A stretch of 64,000 bases of DNA, taken from an uncultured Acidobacteriaceae bacterium (GTDB taxonomy: Bacteria > Acidobacteriota > Terriglobia > Terriglobales > Acidobacteriaceae). The position numbers were made by a program, and so were the translations under genes. The stretch covers positions 830,768 through 894,767 of the forward strand of contig CAWBGZ010000003.1 of NCBI GenBank assembly GCA_963788515.1. Reading direction: 5' to 3'. Shown in pieces: positions 49,301 to 58,556 of this stretch. Position 1 is the first letter of the stretch, and every line of letters begins with the position of its first letter. Under the pieces are notes generated by a model, which was given only the letters and a program-made list of their open reading frames with translations, ran no database searches and was not told where the DNA came from.

Positions 49301-50152
49301 TTACTGCGGCGCCGCGGCGGCCCTGCTATCGGCGAGCAAGGCGTGAATGTCCTGAACGCCCAGGCCTGGATACGCCTGGTAGAACCCAATCGGCTGGCGG
49401 TTTGCCTTCGCCGCGAAGTCGATAAACTCCTGCAGGTACTTTCGGCAGGGCGAGGGTGGCGGGTTTGTGCAGAATTTGAATATTAGATCGAAGACTTCTC
49501 CAATGTTCTTGGTGAAGTCGGAGATGTACGTATCGAAGGAGCCGTCATACACGGTAAAGAAGCCAACCTGGTGGTCCTCAAGCGGCACGAATTGCGCAAA
49601 GTGGGGCGTGCCGACCTTGTCCAGATCGTGGGTTGTTCCGCGCCCCCTTGCGCGCAGCAGCAGTTTTATCTCGGTGAAAGCAAGTGCTGATTTTATTGGC
49701 AGGATCACCAGGAATGGATTTAGTACACCGTCCCCGCTGAGGCCTGCTGCGGATGCCAGGGCCCTGATCTCCTTTACCGTGGCGCCTGGGTACGCGGTGT
49801 AGCGATTCACCGGGCTCAAAAGGTGCTTCTCGGCCCAATCGACGAACGCATCTGCATGTTCGGCCACCGGAGTGGGTGGCGGATTGTCTACATGCTGGAA
49901 GATAAAATCAAATAGCGGTCCTGTATGTTTGGCGAACTCGCCAAAGAGGTCAGCGAATTCGCCGTCGAAGTCGCCCAGGAACAGCAGTGTTTTCTCGCTG
50001 AGCACGGTGAAGCGTGAGTAATGTATGGTGCCGATCCCATCCTCCGCCTGGAAGAGCGCCGGCATCAGGGGGGGGAGTTGCTCCGCCAACGCTTTTGCGT
50101 CTGAGGGCGCCTTCAAGGGAAATGCCAGTGTAAAGTGGCTCTGGTCTGTCAC
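49301..50152 (-). CDS. Internally duplicated (2 x ~140 aa) protein of unrecognised family, copy B
   Basis: Paralogue of 36697-37554: GTIHYSRFTVL...FLGDFDGEFADLFGEFAKHTGPLFDFIFQHVDNPPPTPVA and GTPHFAQFVPL...FFTVYDGSFDTYISDFTKNIGEVFDLIFKFCTNPPPSP. I prefer the GTG at 50150-50152 (AAGGAGG upstream). Confidence 0.75.
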   Translation of the reverse strand: MTDQSHFTLAFPLKAPSDAKALAEQLPPLMPALFQAEDGIGTIHYSRFTVLSEKTLLFLGDFDGEFADLFGEFAKHTGPLFDFIFQHVDNPPPTPVAEHADAFVDWAEKHLLSPVNRYTAYPGATVKEIRALASAAGLSGDGVLNPFLVILPIKSALAFTEIKLLLRARGRGTTHDLDKVGTPHFAQFVPLEDHQVGFFTVYDGSFDTYISDFTKNIGEVFDLIFKFCTNPPPSPCRKYLQEFIDFAAKANRQPIGFYQAYPGLGVQDIHALLADSRAAAAPQ

Positions 50153-50193
50153 GAGGAACCTCCTTTCAGTTCCTTCGCCTGCCGTGGCGGCTC

Positions 50194-50700
50194 CTAGGCG
50201 GGCCATTGCTTGAACATTTTCTGCACAGCCTTCGATACCATCTGCGAATTCTTGTTGCCGTTATTGCTCAGGGTATTTTGAGCAATTCCCCGCCAAATCA
50301 GGGACTTGGTCTTCGCGTCGTACAGGTCGACAATCATCGTCCCTATCACGTTCTGCTCGGGTGTGATTCCGCCCATTCCGCCACCGATGCCACGCATGCC
50401 CCATGCCTGGTAGGAGGTCTGCTGTTTCATGCCGCCGCTTGCGGTGAGGATGATGTCGGGATTCTGGGATTCCGTCACCAGTTGGAAACCCTTACCCTGC
50501 ATCGCATTGTCGATATCTGATTTGGCTTGTTGCGCCAGGATCGAGTTCTGGATTTCGTTGGCGTTGCCACCGCCCCAGGCGTAGGTGTGATACTGCGAAA
50601 AGCTCTGGCTGCGGTTGTAATTTACTGAGACTTGTTGCCCTAGGGCAACCACGGACGCGATGCACAGAAGCAGGGCGCACAATGCGTATTTCGTCTTCAT
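50194..50700 (-). CDS. DUF4136 lipoprotein
   Basis: MKTKYALCALLLCIASVVALG (signal/lipobox-like), FSQYHTYAWGG, PDIILTASGG, TMIVDLYDAKTKSLIWRG. This pattern is typical of DUF4136. Confidence 0.7.
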   Translation of the reverse strand: MKTKYALCALLLCIASVVALGQQVSVNYNRSQSFSQYHTYAWGGGNANEIQNSILAQQAKSDIDNAMQGKGFQLVTESQNPDIILTASGGMKQQTSYQAWGMRGIGGGMGGITPEQNVIGTMIVDLYDAKTKSLIWRGIAQNTLSNNGNKNSQMVSKAVQKMFKQWPA

Positions 50701-50777
50701 GATCGTTATCCTTTACGTGTAATTCCGTTAGCACCAGTGTTTACCGCGATCATTCTCCCGGAACTGCGGCTTGCCTA

Positions 50778-50793
50778 CTGTCACTTATGACAG
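50778..50793. repeat. Intergenic palindrome, copy i
   Basis: ctaCTGTCACTTATGACAGgcc. About 78 nt upstream of the DUF4136 start at 50700. Confidence 0.7.
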
Positions 50794-50823
50794 GCCGTCA
50801 GGAATTCCTTGATGGTCCAGGAA

Positions 50824-51393
50824 TCACTTAACGATTTGGACCACCAGGGATTCGGTCATGACCATGTCCACGGTTTGGCCTACCTGTAGCTGGTCGAGGT
50901 TCGTAATCTTACTGCTCACCTTGATGGTTTTCTTCTTGCCGTCCGGATCGAGCAGGGTCACACGATCTTTCTGCGGGTCCACCGCCAGAATCTTTGCACT
51001 CAGGGCGGAGGTATCCACCATGACGACCCCGGGTTTGTCGCCTTTTTGCGCCACGGCCACTTCTCCGGCGGAGCCTGCGCCGGGTGCCTGGTTCGACTTG
51101 CCAACCGCGATGAGGAGTTCTTCCGTGTAAGCCATCTTCAGGCGATCTCCCACCTGGACCTGGTCGAGGTTTTGAACGCTCTTGTCTACCTTGAAGGTCT
51201 TTTTCTTGCCGTTTTGTAACAGTAGAGTAACCTTGCGATCTTTCAGGTCTATTTTCTCGACCGTAGCAGTGGACTTAACCACATCTACGGATTCGATGCC
51301 TTGGTCTGTTCCTGTAGATTGGCTCTGGGTGTGGCCAATCGGGCTAGCCGCAAACAGTAGAATCGCACTCAACGTTAAACCGATTGCCTTCAT
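50824..51393 (-). CDS. Secreted protein with two ~80-aa internal repeats, hypothetical
   Basis: After the signal peptide, ATVEKIDLKDRKVTLLLQNGKKKTFKVDKSVQNLDQVQVGDRLKMAYTEELL aligns with AKILAVDPQKDRVTLLDPDGKKKTIKVSSKITNLDQLQVGQTVDMVMTESLV. Confidence 0.6.
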   Translation of the reverse strand: MKAIGLTLSAILLFAASPIGHTQSQSTGTDQGIESVDVVKSTATVEKIDLKDRKVTLLLQNGKKKTFKVDKSVQNLDQVQVGDRLKMAYTEELLIAVGKSNQAPGAGSAGEVAVAQKGDKPGVVMVDTSALSAKILAVDPQKDRVTLLDPDGKKKTIKVSSKITNLDQLQVGQTVDMVMTESLVVQIVK

Positions 51394-51426
51394 GGGTTGT
51401 CTCTTTTCTCGGGATTCTTCCGGACC

Positions 51427-52827
51427 TTAGGAGGCTTTAACAAGCGCTGGCGGCTGCCAGGTGCCCTTGCCCGGCGGCAGTATGGAAGGCGCCGACTCTT
51501 TCGGCCAATACAAGCGCATCACCAGGTAAATCGGGCCATCGGGGGCAGGCAGCCAGTTGGCTTCATTCTCCTTGCCCGGCGAGTCTTTTTGGATATAGAG
51601 CGTTAGCGAACCATCCGGATTCGTCTTCATGTCCGGCAACATGGGAGAGTTGATCAGATACCGGTTAATCGGGATTCTTTATCAGGAACTGGCTCTTGCC
51701 GTCATACATCGTCACCGACCAAAATGCGTTCACCGGCGGAAGCTCACCCTTGGCAAAGGTCAAAGTGTACTTATGCTTGCTGCCGTCGAGCTTCTCTCCG
51801 TTGGGCAGGATTCGGGTCAAGGGGTACATCGCCTCGATCGCGCTGTTACCGAAAATTCCACCCTTGGCGGCCGCGGCCCGCTTGAGCCAGTCTCCGCTGT
51901 AGAAGGCACGATCGCCGAAAAATGAGCCCACGTTCCAGCCGTTGATGACTGCTCCTCCGCTGGCAATGTACTTGTCGACCGCATCCATGCCCTGCTTCAT
52001 CCCAAGCAGGACCTCGGCCTTATGCTCAGAGAGAGGTCTTTCATTTCAAATTGTTTGCCGGCACCGATTCCAATGCTCGCCAGCTTCGCGCGAATTCCCA
52101 CCTCTTCCGGGCCAGCCGGAGAATACTGCAAAGCAAAGTCGAGTAGCTGCCAAAACTCCTTCTTCGCAATTTCCGCGTCGGCCTTGAGGTAGTTGATCGC
52201 GGGCGGAGGCGGAGGCGCGGGCTGCTTGAGAAAGGCGGAGAGTGGCTGCACCTTGTACCCGGCCTGGATCTTGACCACGTTCGGCATATCCGCTGCATCG
52301 AAGAGTTGGGTGCGAAAGATCACAACGGAGAACGGCGTCGTCGAATGGAAGACCTGCTTGATTTGCGCGGGGACTTCACCCTTCCAATCGGGGCCAACGA
52401 TCATGAAGTCGCCCGCCTCGGCGCCCGTGGTCCGGCTGCCGATGTATCCGTAGTTGAAGGTGTTGGCATCGGTCAGCTGCACGGAGTAGTAGCGCGGCTT
52501 TGCAACCGCAGGGACCGATATCACCGTCGGTTCCGCGCGCAGGTCGATCTGCATCAAGGAGTACGGCGTGTCGCTATTGGGCGTGATGACCGCTGTGTCT
52601 TCGTAGGTAAACACCCGTGCTTCATTAGTGAGCGTGCCGGTTGGCGCCTTGTATTGGGACGAAGTTGTGTCCACAAACAACTCGTATGCCGACGTGTAAT
52701 ACATCACCAGCGGCAGTCCGTAGATGAGTCCTTGTTCGGCGATGGCTTTGGTCTCGAGGATGCCGGGTACGGGAACGCCATTGATCTTGTCCAACTTCTC
52801 GGCCTGCGAGATCGCATCAGCACTCAT
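51427..52827 (-). pseudogene. DUF1254/DUF1214 gene broken by two single-base frameshifts
   Basis: ATG at 52825-52827 (AAGGAGGA upstream). Three ORFs (51997-53073, 51665-52000, 51427-51642) carry consecutive parts: IYGLPLVMYY..TPNSDTPY..PRYY | MKQGMDAVDKYI..PPVNAFWSVTMYDGKSQFLIKNP | MLPDMKTNPDGSLTLYIQKDSPGKENEANWLPAP..RLYWP. Confidence 0.8.
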
Positions 52828-53240
52828 GGTCTTTCCTCCTTGCAGGCCTTCTAGCCCAAGGGAAGCATACCGGCCTCCACGGGACTGGCCCACTAGCAGT
52901 AATGCTAGTGACGAACCAAAACAAAGAGAGGGAAGCCAGCGCCGTCCCGTTGTCGAGTTTCGGGCCGGCTTAACCGCCGATACGGCCGAACAGTAGTTCT
53001 CCGGCTCAGATTCCCTAATTCGCCTGCCACTTTTGCTAGTTACAGGAGCGTTTTGACGCGCCGTAAACTGCACTTGCGCATCGGCTGCGATCCTTGTGTC
53101 GCCTAAAAGGATCCCGCACTATGCGTTTGACACATCGCAGTGATTTGCCGGGATTGGTTTCACGGTAGCCTGCGTGGCCTCTTGCCAAATCGGCTAACAA
53201 GTCACATTCATAGGTACACCCTGTGAGGAGAACACCCCCC

Positions 53241-54530
53241 ATGCTAAACATGGCGCGATTTCGAGAATGTCGCCTTCATCCATTCGGCCGCGGACAGAAA
53301 CTCGCGGCCGCTCTTTCTCTTTTGCTCTTGGCCCCGCTGTCTTCACTGGCACAGGCTGCTGCCAAGAACCCTGTAGAGCCGGCAAAGAAAAAGGAACCGG
53401 AAATCAAGGAGGAGCTGACTCTCAAGAACGGCGATAGGTTAACCGGGCAGCTGCTCACTTCCACTGGGACTGAGGTCAAGTTCAAGAGCGATCTGGCGGG
53501 GGAAGTAACGGTTAAGTGGGAAAATGTGGAGGAATTGAAGTCCAGTCGCGACTTCGCGGTCATTCCAAAAGATCTAAAGGAGGCGAGAGATAGCGCGATC
53601 GTACCCCAGGGAGCAATAAAAATTGGTGAAAAGGGAATTATCGTCTCTCCCGTATCCACGGCCAAACCGGCGATAAGTGAGGTACCCACCGCGCCCGAGG
53701 CGAAACCAGCCGCTACCAAGGAGGCCGCTGCGGCAAAAGAGATACCAACCTCTAAAATCGCATCTGTTGTTGACGATGCTACATACCAGAAAGAGATAAA
53801 CACAAAGATAGGTTTCAGATCGGGTTGGGATGGGCACATCACGACCGGAACTTCGATGATTTACTCAACCCAAAACACTTCCCTCTACCAGGTGGATACG
53901 GCACTCAAGCGGTCGATTCCCACGGTAAGTTGGCTGGAGCCGAAGCTCCGCACCACGGCTGACTTCACGCTGAGTGCAGGAAAGACGACACAGCCCGGGA
54001 CCGAAACGACGATCACCAATATCTTCCACGTAGGCGGGGAACGAGACGAATACTTTAGCCCGCGAGGCTACTATCTGCAGGTGCTTTCTCTCGATCACAA
54101 TTATGCCCAGGGCCTTGTACTGCAGCAGAAATACGGCGGCGGAATCGGCGCAACCCTGTTGAAGAAGAAAGAGGCCGAGCTCGATATTACTGCCGATCTG
54201 CACTATGAAACTCAGGAATTCCAGGCAAATCCAAGCATCGACGTAGAAGCGCTATCGCTCCACCTGATCGCATCGACACTGACCGAGGGGTACACACGGA
54301 AGTGGGGCAAGCTGCAGTTTGATGAAAAGATTCTGGCAGACCTTGCATGGAACGATGCCAGCGCCTTCTCCGCCTCGGGACGCAGCTCGATAAGATTGCC
54401 TGTCTACAAGAGGCTGGCCTTTTCGGTATCGACGATCGACACCTTCTTGAATAACCCCCAGGTGGGCTACAAAAAGAACTCGTTCCAGTTCACCACCGGG
54501 TTTGCACTGAACCTGCATGCGAGCGATTGA
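53241..54530 (+). CDS. DUF481 (YdiY-like) outer-membrane protein, intact
   Basis: Signal peptide (LAAALSLLLLAPLSSLAQA), LKNGDRLTGQLLTSTGTEVKFKSDLAGEVTVKWENVEEL, and a beta-barrel-like C-terminal half ending FQFTTGFALNL. Confidence 0.7.
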   Translation: MLNMARFRECRLHPFGRGQKLAAALSLLLLAPLSSLAQAAAKNPVEPAKKKEPEIKEELTLKNGDRLTGQLLTSTGTEVKFKSDLAGEVTVKWENVEELKSSRDFAVIPKDLKEARDSAIVPQGAIKIGEKGIIVSPVSTAKPAISEVPTAPEAKPAATKEAAAAKEIPTSKIASVVDDATYQKEINTKIGFRSGWDGHITTGTSMIYSTQNTSLYQVDTALKRSIPTVSWLEPKLRTTADFTLSAGKTTQPGTETTITNIFHVGGERDEYFSPRGYYLQVLSLDHNYAQGLVLQQKYGGGIGATLLKKKEAELDITADLHYETQEFQANPSIDVEALSLHLIASTLTEGYTRKWGKLQFDEKILADLAWNDASAFSASGRSSIRLPVYKRLAFSVSTIDTFLNNPQVGYKKNSFQFTTGFALNLHASD

Positions 54531-54997
54531 TTGACAGGAAAGAGGAGCAAACTGGTAGTTTTGGTAGTTCGCACTCGCTCGGCGCCCCGATATTGTTTTG
54601 CTACGTTGTTTCTCGTCTCGCGCGGCCTCAGAAGGGAGGTCTGGTGGCGAAACGGATTAGGGCAGTATGCGAAGGGAAGTCCCGATGTCTGGTCAAGATC
54701 CATAAGCTCAAGCACATCAAGCTGCACGCTAAGCTGCTTCTGGCCGACGATAGCCTGGCCATCATCGGCTCGATTAATCTCGCCCCCGGCAGTTTCGACA
54801 GCCGCCGCGAACTGGCTATCCAGGTCAGTGATGAGCACATCACAAAGCGCATTTCGAAGACACTGCAGCATGACTGGGAAAACTCGCATCCGCTCGATTT
54901 AACCGATGAAGGGCTCCTGGCCGAACTCAAGAAAGACGATCCGGCTGTAGAAGAAGTCCTGGGCATCACAGCAGGCAAACACAGGAAGCACGGGTGA
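54527..54997 (+). CDS. Phospholipase-D-like protein with a single HKD motif (possibly a truncated fragment)
   Basis: HAKLLLADDSLAIIGSINL fits HxK-x4-D-x6-GSxN. Only one HKD is present and the N-terminal ~60 aa look non-native. It overlaps the DUF481 stop codon. Confidence 0.45.
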   Translation: MIDRKEEQTGSFGSSHSLGAPILFCYVVSRLARPQKGGLVAKRIRAVCEGKSRCLVKIHKLKHIKLHAKLLLADDSLAIIGSINLAPGSFDSRRELAIQVSDEHITKRISKTLQHDWENSHPLDLTDEGLLAELKKDDPAVEEVLGITAGKHRKHG

Positions 54998-55192
54998 GCG
55001 CGTGGAGATGATGTGGGGCTGGATAGTCAGGGGCACGCACGGCCACTAGGTTTTTCGTTGGGATATCTAGTATTTTTGTGGGTTCACGCCAGGCGGTCGG
55101 CTTGAGACACTTCCCACACAATCGTCGCGCACTTGATGCGACGGCGAGCAAAGATCAGAAGCTAAACTTCTCGCATAACTATAGGAACGACA

Positions 55193-55903
55193 ATGTCGAA
55201 GATGACTCGAGAGACTACTGGAGCCGATGGACGCCCGCTCCCAATCCTGCCTCCGGAGCGCGACGCACGCGTTTGGGCCCGGCTGGTGCGCGTATTGTTT
55301 TACCTGCCTGGCTTCATGGGTCTGTTGCTGCTAAAGACCGGCGAACCTGCAGGCTTCGGGATCACCGTCGAACTGCTGATGCTCTCCAGCGCGTCCGCTG
55401 TTGTTGGGGGCCTGTTCATCGGTTCAGAATCATCAGGCGCCGGTGCGGATGCCGCCTCCAAAGTGGGCACCTGGAGCGGAGCGCTGGCCATCGAGCTGCT
55501 CGCAGTGGTGCCTTTCTTATGCGCGATCCCAACGCTGTTCCACGAACTAGCGCACAGCGCGCTCTTGCATTCCAAGCTGCCTGATTCCGTCGACGTTACC
55601 CTCGGCGCCTCCGAACTACTGCCGGCCGTAGCGATCATACCGTTCCTGATCTACGAGCTTGCCGGCTTCGGTACCTTGAGCTACGTGGTGACGAAGCCTT
55701 TGAACTGGCTCATCAACGCGGTTATTTTCTGCTTGATCATGACCAGTTATATCGCCTACCGCGTGGGTGAGTACTCCATAGAAAAGCGGGTCGGTGCTTT
55801 GCTCGTTGCCGTCATGGCGATTATCGTTTTCTACGGTGTGCTCAAGCTGAAACGAATGCAGGCTATCTACGATGAGCACTGCCCACCAAAGGCTTCGAAA
55901 TAA
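55193..55903 (+). CDS. Hypothetical multi-TM membrane protein
   Basis: 236 aa with about 6 hydrophobic helices. No family recognised. Confidence 0.55.
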   Translation: MSKMTRETTGADGRPLPILPPERDARVWARLVRVLFYLPGFMGLLLLKTGEPAGFGITVELLMLSSASAVVGGLFIGSESSGAGADAASKVGTWSGALAIELLAVVPFLCAIPTLFHELAHSALLHSKLPDSVDVTLGASELLPAVAIIPFLIYELAGFGTLSYVVTKPLNWLINAVIFCLIMTSYIAYRVGEYSIEKRVGALLVAVMAIIVFYGVLKLKRMQAIYDEHCPPKASK

Positions 55904-55953
55904 ATTAGTTTGAGTTAATACATCAACCAGAAAGACGAAAGAAGGAGTTTCCG

Positions 55954-56931
55954 ATGAAATCACTGAATAGCAGGTATACCCGTGGGGGCACAAGGGTTTG
56001 CACGCTCCTGCTTGCGCTCATGGTGTTGGCATCTGTGAGCTTTGCGCAGACGTTTACGTCTGGAGAAAAAGGAAAGGTGAAGGGGACGATCATTTCCAGA
56101 AGCGGAGACCTGGTCAAGGTGCAGGACAAGAAGACCGGTTCTACCGCGGTGGTTAAGATCACTGATGATACCAAGGTTTTGCGGGACAAGCACAGAGTCG
56201 TATTCCATCGTCACGAAGACATGGACGTCACGGCCATGGTTCCTGGCTTGGCGATTAGCGCAGAGGGCGTAGGCAACGCGAGCAACCAGCTGGAGGCGAC
56301 CAAGATCACCTTCTCGCCGGATGTATTCGCGATCGAAGTGGCTCAGCAACAGCAGATTATTGCCAACAAGGCAGCTGCCGGCCAGGCGCAATCGACGGCC
56401 GACCAGGGAGTGGCTGCGGCGGGCACCGCGCAGACCTCGGCGAATCAGGCGCAAGCCTCAGCTAACCAGGCCGGTTCCATGGCCCAGGCAGCCGGTGCCG
56501 TGGCGGTGATGAATGCCGCAGACGTTCAAATGGTGAACAAGCGCGTATCTGACCTCGACGACTACAAAACGGTGGCCGAAGCCGCGATCTTCTATCCTGT
56601 CGGCAAGTACACTTTGGATGACGCCGCGAAGGCGGATCTTGACAAGCTTGCCGCGCTTGCCTTGTCGACCGACGGCTACATGATCGAGGTCGCGGGCTAC
56701 GCCTCCAAGACGGGAACGAAAGCGGTGAACCAGCAACTCAGCGAAGATCGTGCGGCTGCAGTGGCAAACTATCTTCGCAACCACGGAAATATCCCGTTGA
56801 GGCGGATCCTCGCACCGGCTGGCTACGGCTCTACCCATCCTGACGCCGAGAATACAGATCCGCAGGGGCGCGAACTCAACCAGCGAGTCGATGTAAAACT
56901 AATGATCAACAAGGGCATGGCCGGCATGTAG
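55954..56931 (+). CDS. OmpA-family protein, close paralogue of 24101-25081
   Basis: Same architecture. Roughly 90% aa identity by eye after the signal peptide, and near-identity over the last ~140 aa (YMIEVAGYASKTGTKAVNQQLSEDRAAA...NQRVDVKL). Confidence 0.82.
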   Translation: MKSLNSRYTRGGTRVCTLLLALMVLASVSFAQTFTSGEKGKVKGTIISRSGDLVKVQDKKTGSTAVVKITDDTKVLRDKHRVVFHRHEDMDVTAMVPGLAISAEGVGNASNQLEATKITFSPDVFAIEVAQQQQIIANKAAAGQAQSTADQGVAAAGTAQTSANQAQASANQAGSMAQAAGAVAVMNAADVQMVNKRVSDLDDYKTVAEAAIFYPVGKYTLDDAAKADLDKLAALALSTDGYMIEVAGYASKTGTKAVNQQLSEDRAAAVANYLRNHGNIPLRRILAPAGYGSTHPDAENTDPQGRELNQRVDVKLMINKGMAGM

Positions 56932-56961
56932 TTAGCCTGCCCTTTCACGTCAACAACTGTG

Positions 56962-57018
56962 GCCAGATGCGTAGCGCGGAACCCCTGTCGTTTCCAGCGC
57001 TACGCATCTGGCTTTTTG
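56962..57018 (+). terminator. Strong rho-independent terminator
   Basis: Perfect 16-bp stem GCCAGATGCGTAGCGC (56962-56977) / GCGCTACGCATCTGGC (56997-57012), a 19-nt loop, then TTTTTG. It lies 30 nt after the OmpA-like stop. Confidence 0.85.
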
Positions 57019-57137
57019 TGGTCTAGGCGGGAAGCGGATGTGGCAGCGACAGCTTGCCCCGAACGGTTACCACTGGGCTGCCAATTGGTGACGAATGGGC
57101 TGATCCACTAAACGGTTGCTTACTGGGTTAAAGGCGT

Positions 57138-58454
57138 ATGCTTTCCTGTACGCGTTTGAAACCTACGATAGACTCTGGGCCATGGTTGGGTGTACCGGCC
57201 GATCCTACGGACGTTGAAGGCGACCATAGCGGTAAGAAGGGCATCCGTTTGCGGGTGCGTCAGGTAAGCAGGTCAGTGGCTCAGGTGACCTCCTCGATTG
57301 CGGAAAATTTCTCGATCACTCGCGGCGGAGCGCTGCACGGGCTCCTGGTTCGCCTCGGTCAAGCAGGAGACGGACGCCGTCTGGTTCTTCGGAGAGCCTT
57401 GTTCGTCGTCCTGATCACGTGGCTTCCTTTGCTTTTGTTGTCCTTGATGCAGGGGCTGGCCTGGGGACGACAGATCAACATTCCCTTCCTTCGCGATCTT
57501 GCTATCAACGCGCGTCTCTTGATTGCTGCGCCGATCCTGATTCTCTCCGAATCAAGAATCGATCGACGGTGGCGAACCCTCGTGCTTGAATTCCTTAGGA
57601 CCGAATTGGTAACTGGGGAAGTGCTCTCATCTTTTGAACAAGTGCTCGAGCGAACATCGCGGTGGCGTGATGGCTTTGTACCTGAAACCTGTTTAGCACT
57701 CTTGGCGCTCTTCCCGTCCATTTTCATCGTCAAAACCGAATTGCTGATGAGCGGTATCTCGAACTGGCATACCCTGAGCACAGGGGCAGTCAGCGCCGCG
57801 GGTTGGTGGTTCAACCTTGTGAGTACCCCGATCTTCCGGTTTCTCTTGTTGAGGTGGGTGTGGAGGATGTTTCTCTGGACTTCGTTCCTCTGGAGCGTCT
57901 CAAGAATCAAGCTATTTCTTGTTGCCACACACACCGATTTGGCTGCTGGCCTCGGTTTTCTATCTGAGGGCCAAAAGGCATTCAGTCCGATCGTCTTCGC
58001 CGGGGGAGTCGTGGTTGCCGGCCAAGTGGGAAATGCCATCGCCTATCAGGGCGAGTCCCTTTCTTCTCTTAAATTTCCCATGATCGCTTATGGAGTCCTC
58101 GCGGTTCTTTTCCTTGTTGTTCCACTCCTGGTCGTTGCGCCTGTTTTGCTTCAAGTCAAAAGAAGAGCGCTGCTCGATTACGGAGCTCAAGTGACTATCC
58201 ATAACCAATTGTTTGATCAGAAATGGGTCCAGAAGAAAGGACCTGCAAACGAGACTCTTTTGGGAAGCGCCGACGCGTCTTCTTTAGCCGATCTCGGAAG
58301 TAGCTTTACCATCGTCAGACAGATGGGAATTGTGCCGATCGACAAGCCAACTCTTATCACGTTGGCCATATCAGCTGCATTGCCAATGGTTCCCGTTATC
58401 CTTTATGCGACGCCCGTTGTTGAGCTGATTCGGATCGTAAGGATGCTTGGCTAA
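57138..58454 (+). CDS. Hypothetical multi-TM membrane protein
   Basis: 438-aa ORF. Hydrophobic helices run throughout after about residue 85 (ALFVVLITWLPLLLLSL, LLIAAPILILS, WWFNLVSTPIFRFLLLRWVW, etc.). The start codon is uncertain. No family recognised. Confidence 0.55.
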   Translation: MLSCTRLKPTIDSGPWLGVPADPTDVEGDHSGKKGIRLRVRQVSRSVAQVTSSIAENFSITRGGALHGLLVRLGQAGDGRRLVLRRALFVVLITWLPLLLLSLMQGLAWGRQINIPFLRDLAINARLLIAAPILILSESRIDRRWRTLVLEFLRTELVTGEVLSSFEQVLERTSRWRDGFVPETCLALLALFPSIFIVKTELLMSGISNWHTLSTGAVSAAGWWFNLVSTPIFRFLLLRWVWRMFLWTSFLWSVSRIKLFLVATHTDLAAGLGFLSEGQKAFSPIVFAGGVVVAGQVGNAIAYQGESLSSLKFPMIAYGVLAVLFLVVPLLVVAPVLLQVKRRALLDYGAQVTIHNQLFDQKWVQKKGPANETLLGSADASSLADLGSSFTIVRQMGIVPIDKPTLITLAISAALPMVPVILYATPVVELIRIVRMLG

Positions 58455-58556
58455 CCAGGACGTTGCCGGGCTTAGTGATCTCAAAGGTCGTGAAGGACCA
58501 GATGCATTGAATATAGGTACCGGATGTCAAGTGCACGTTTAGGTAAGGAGAATCAG

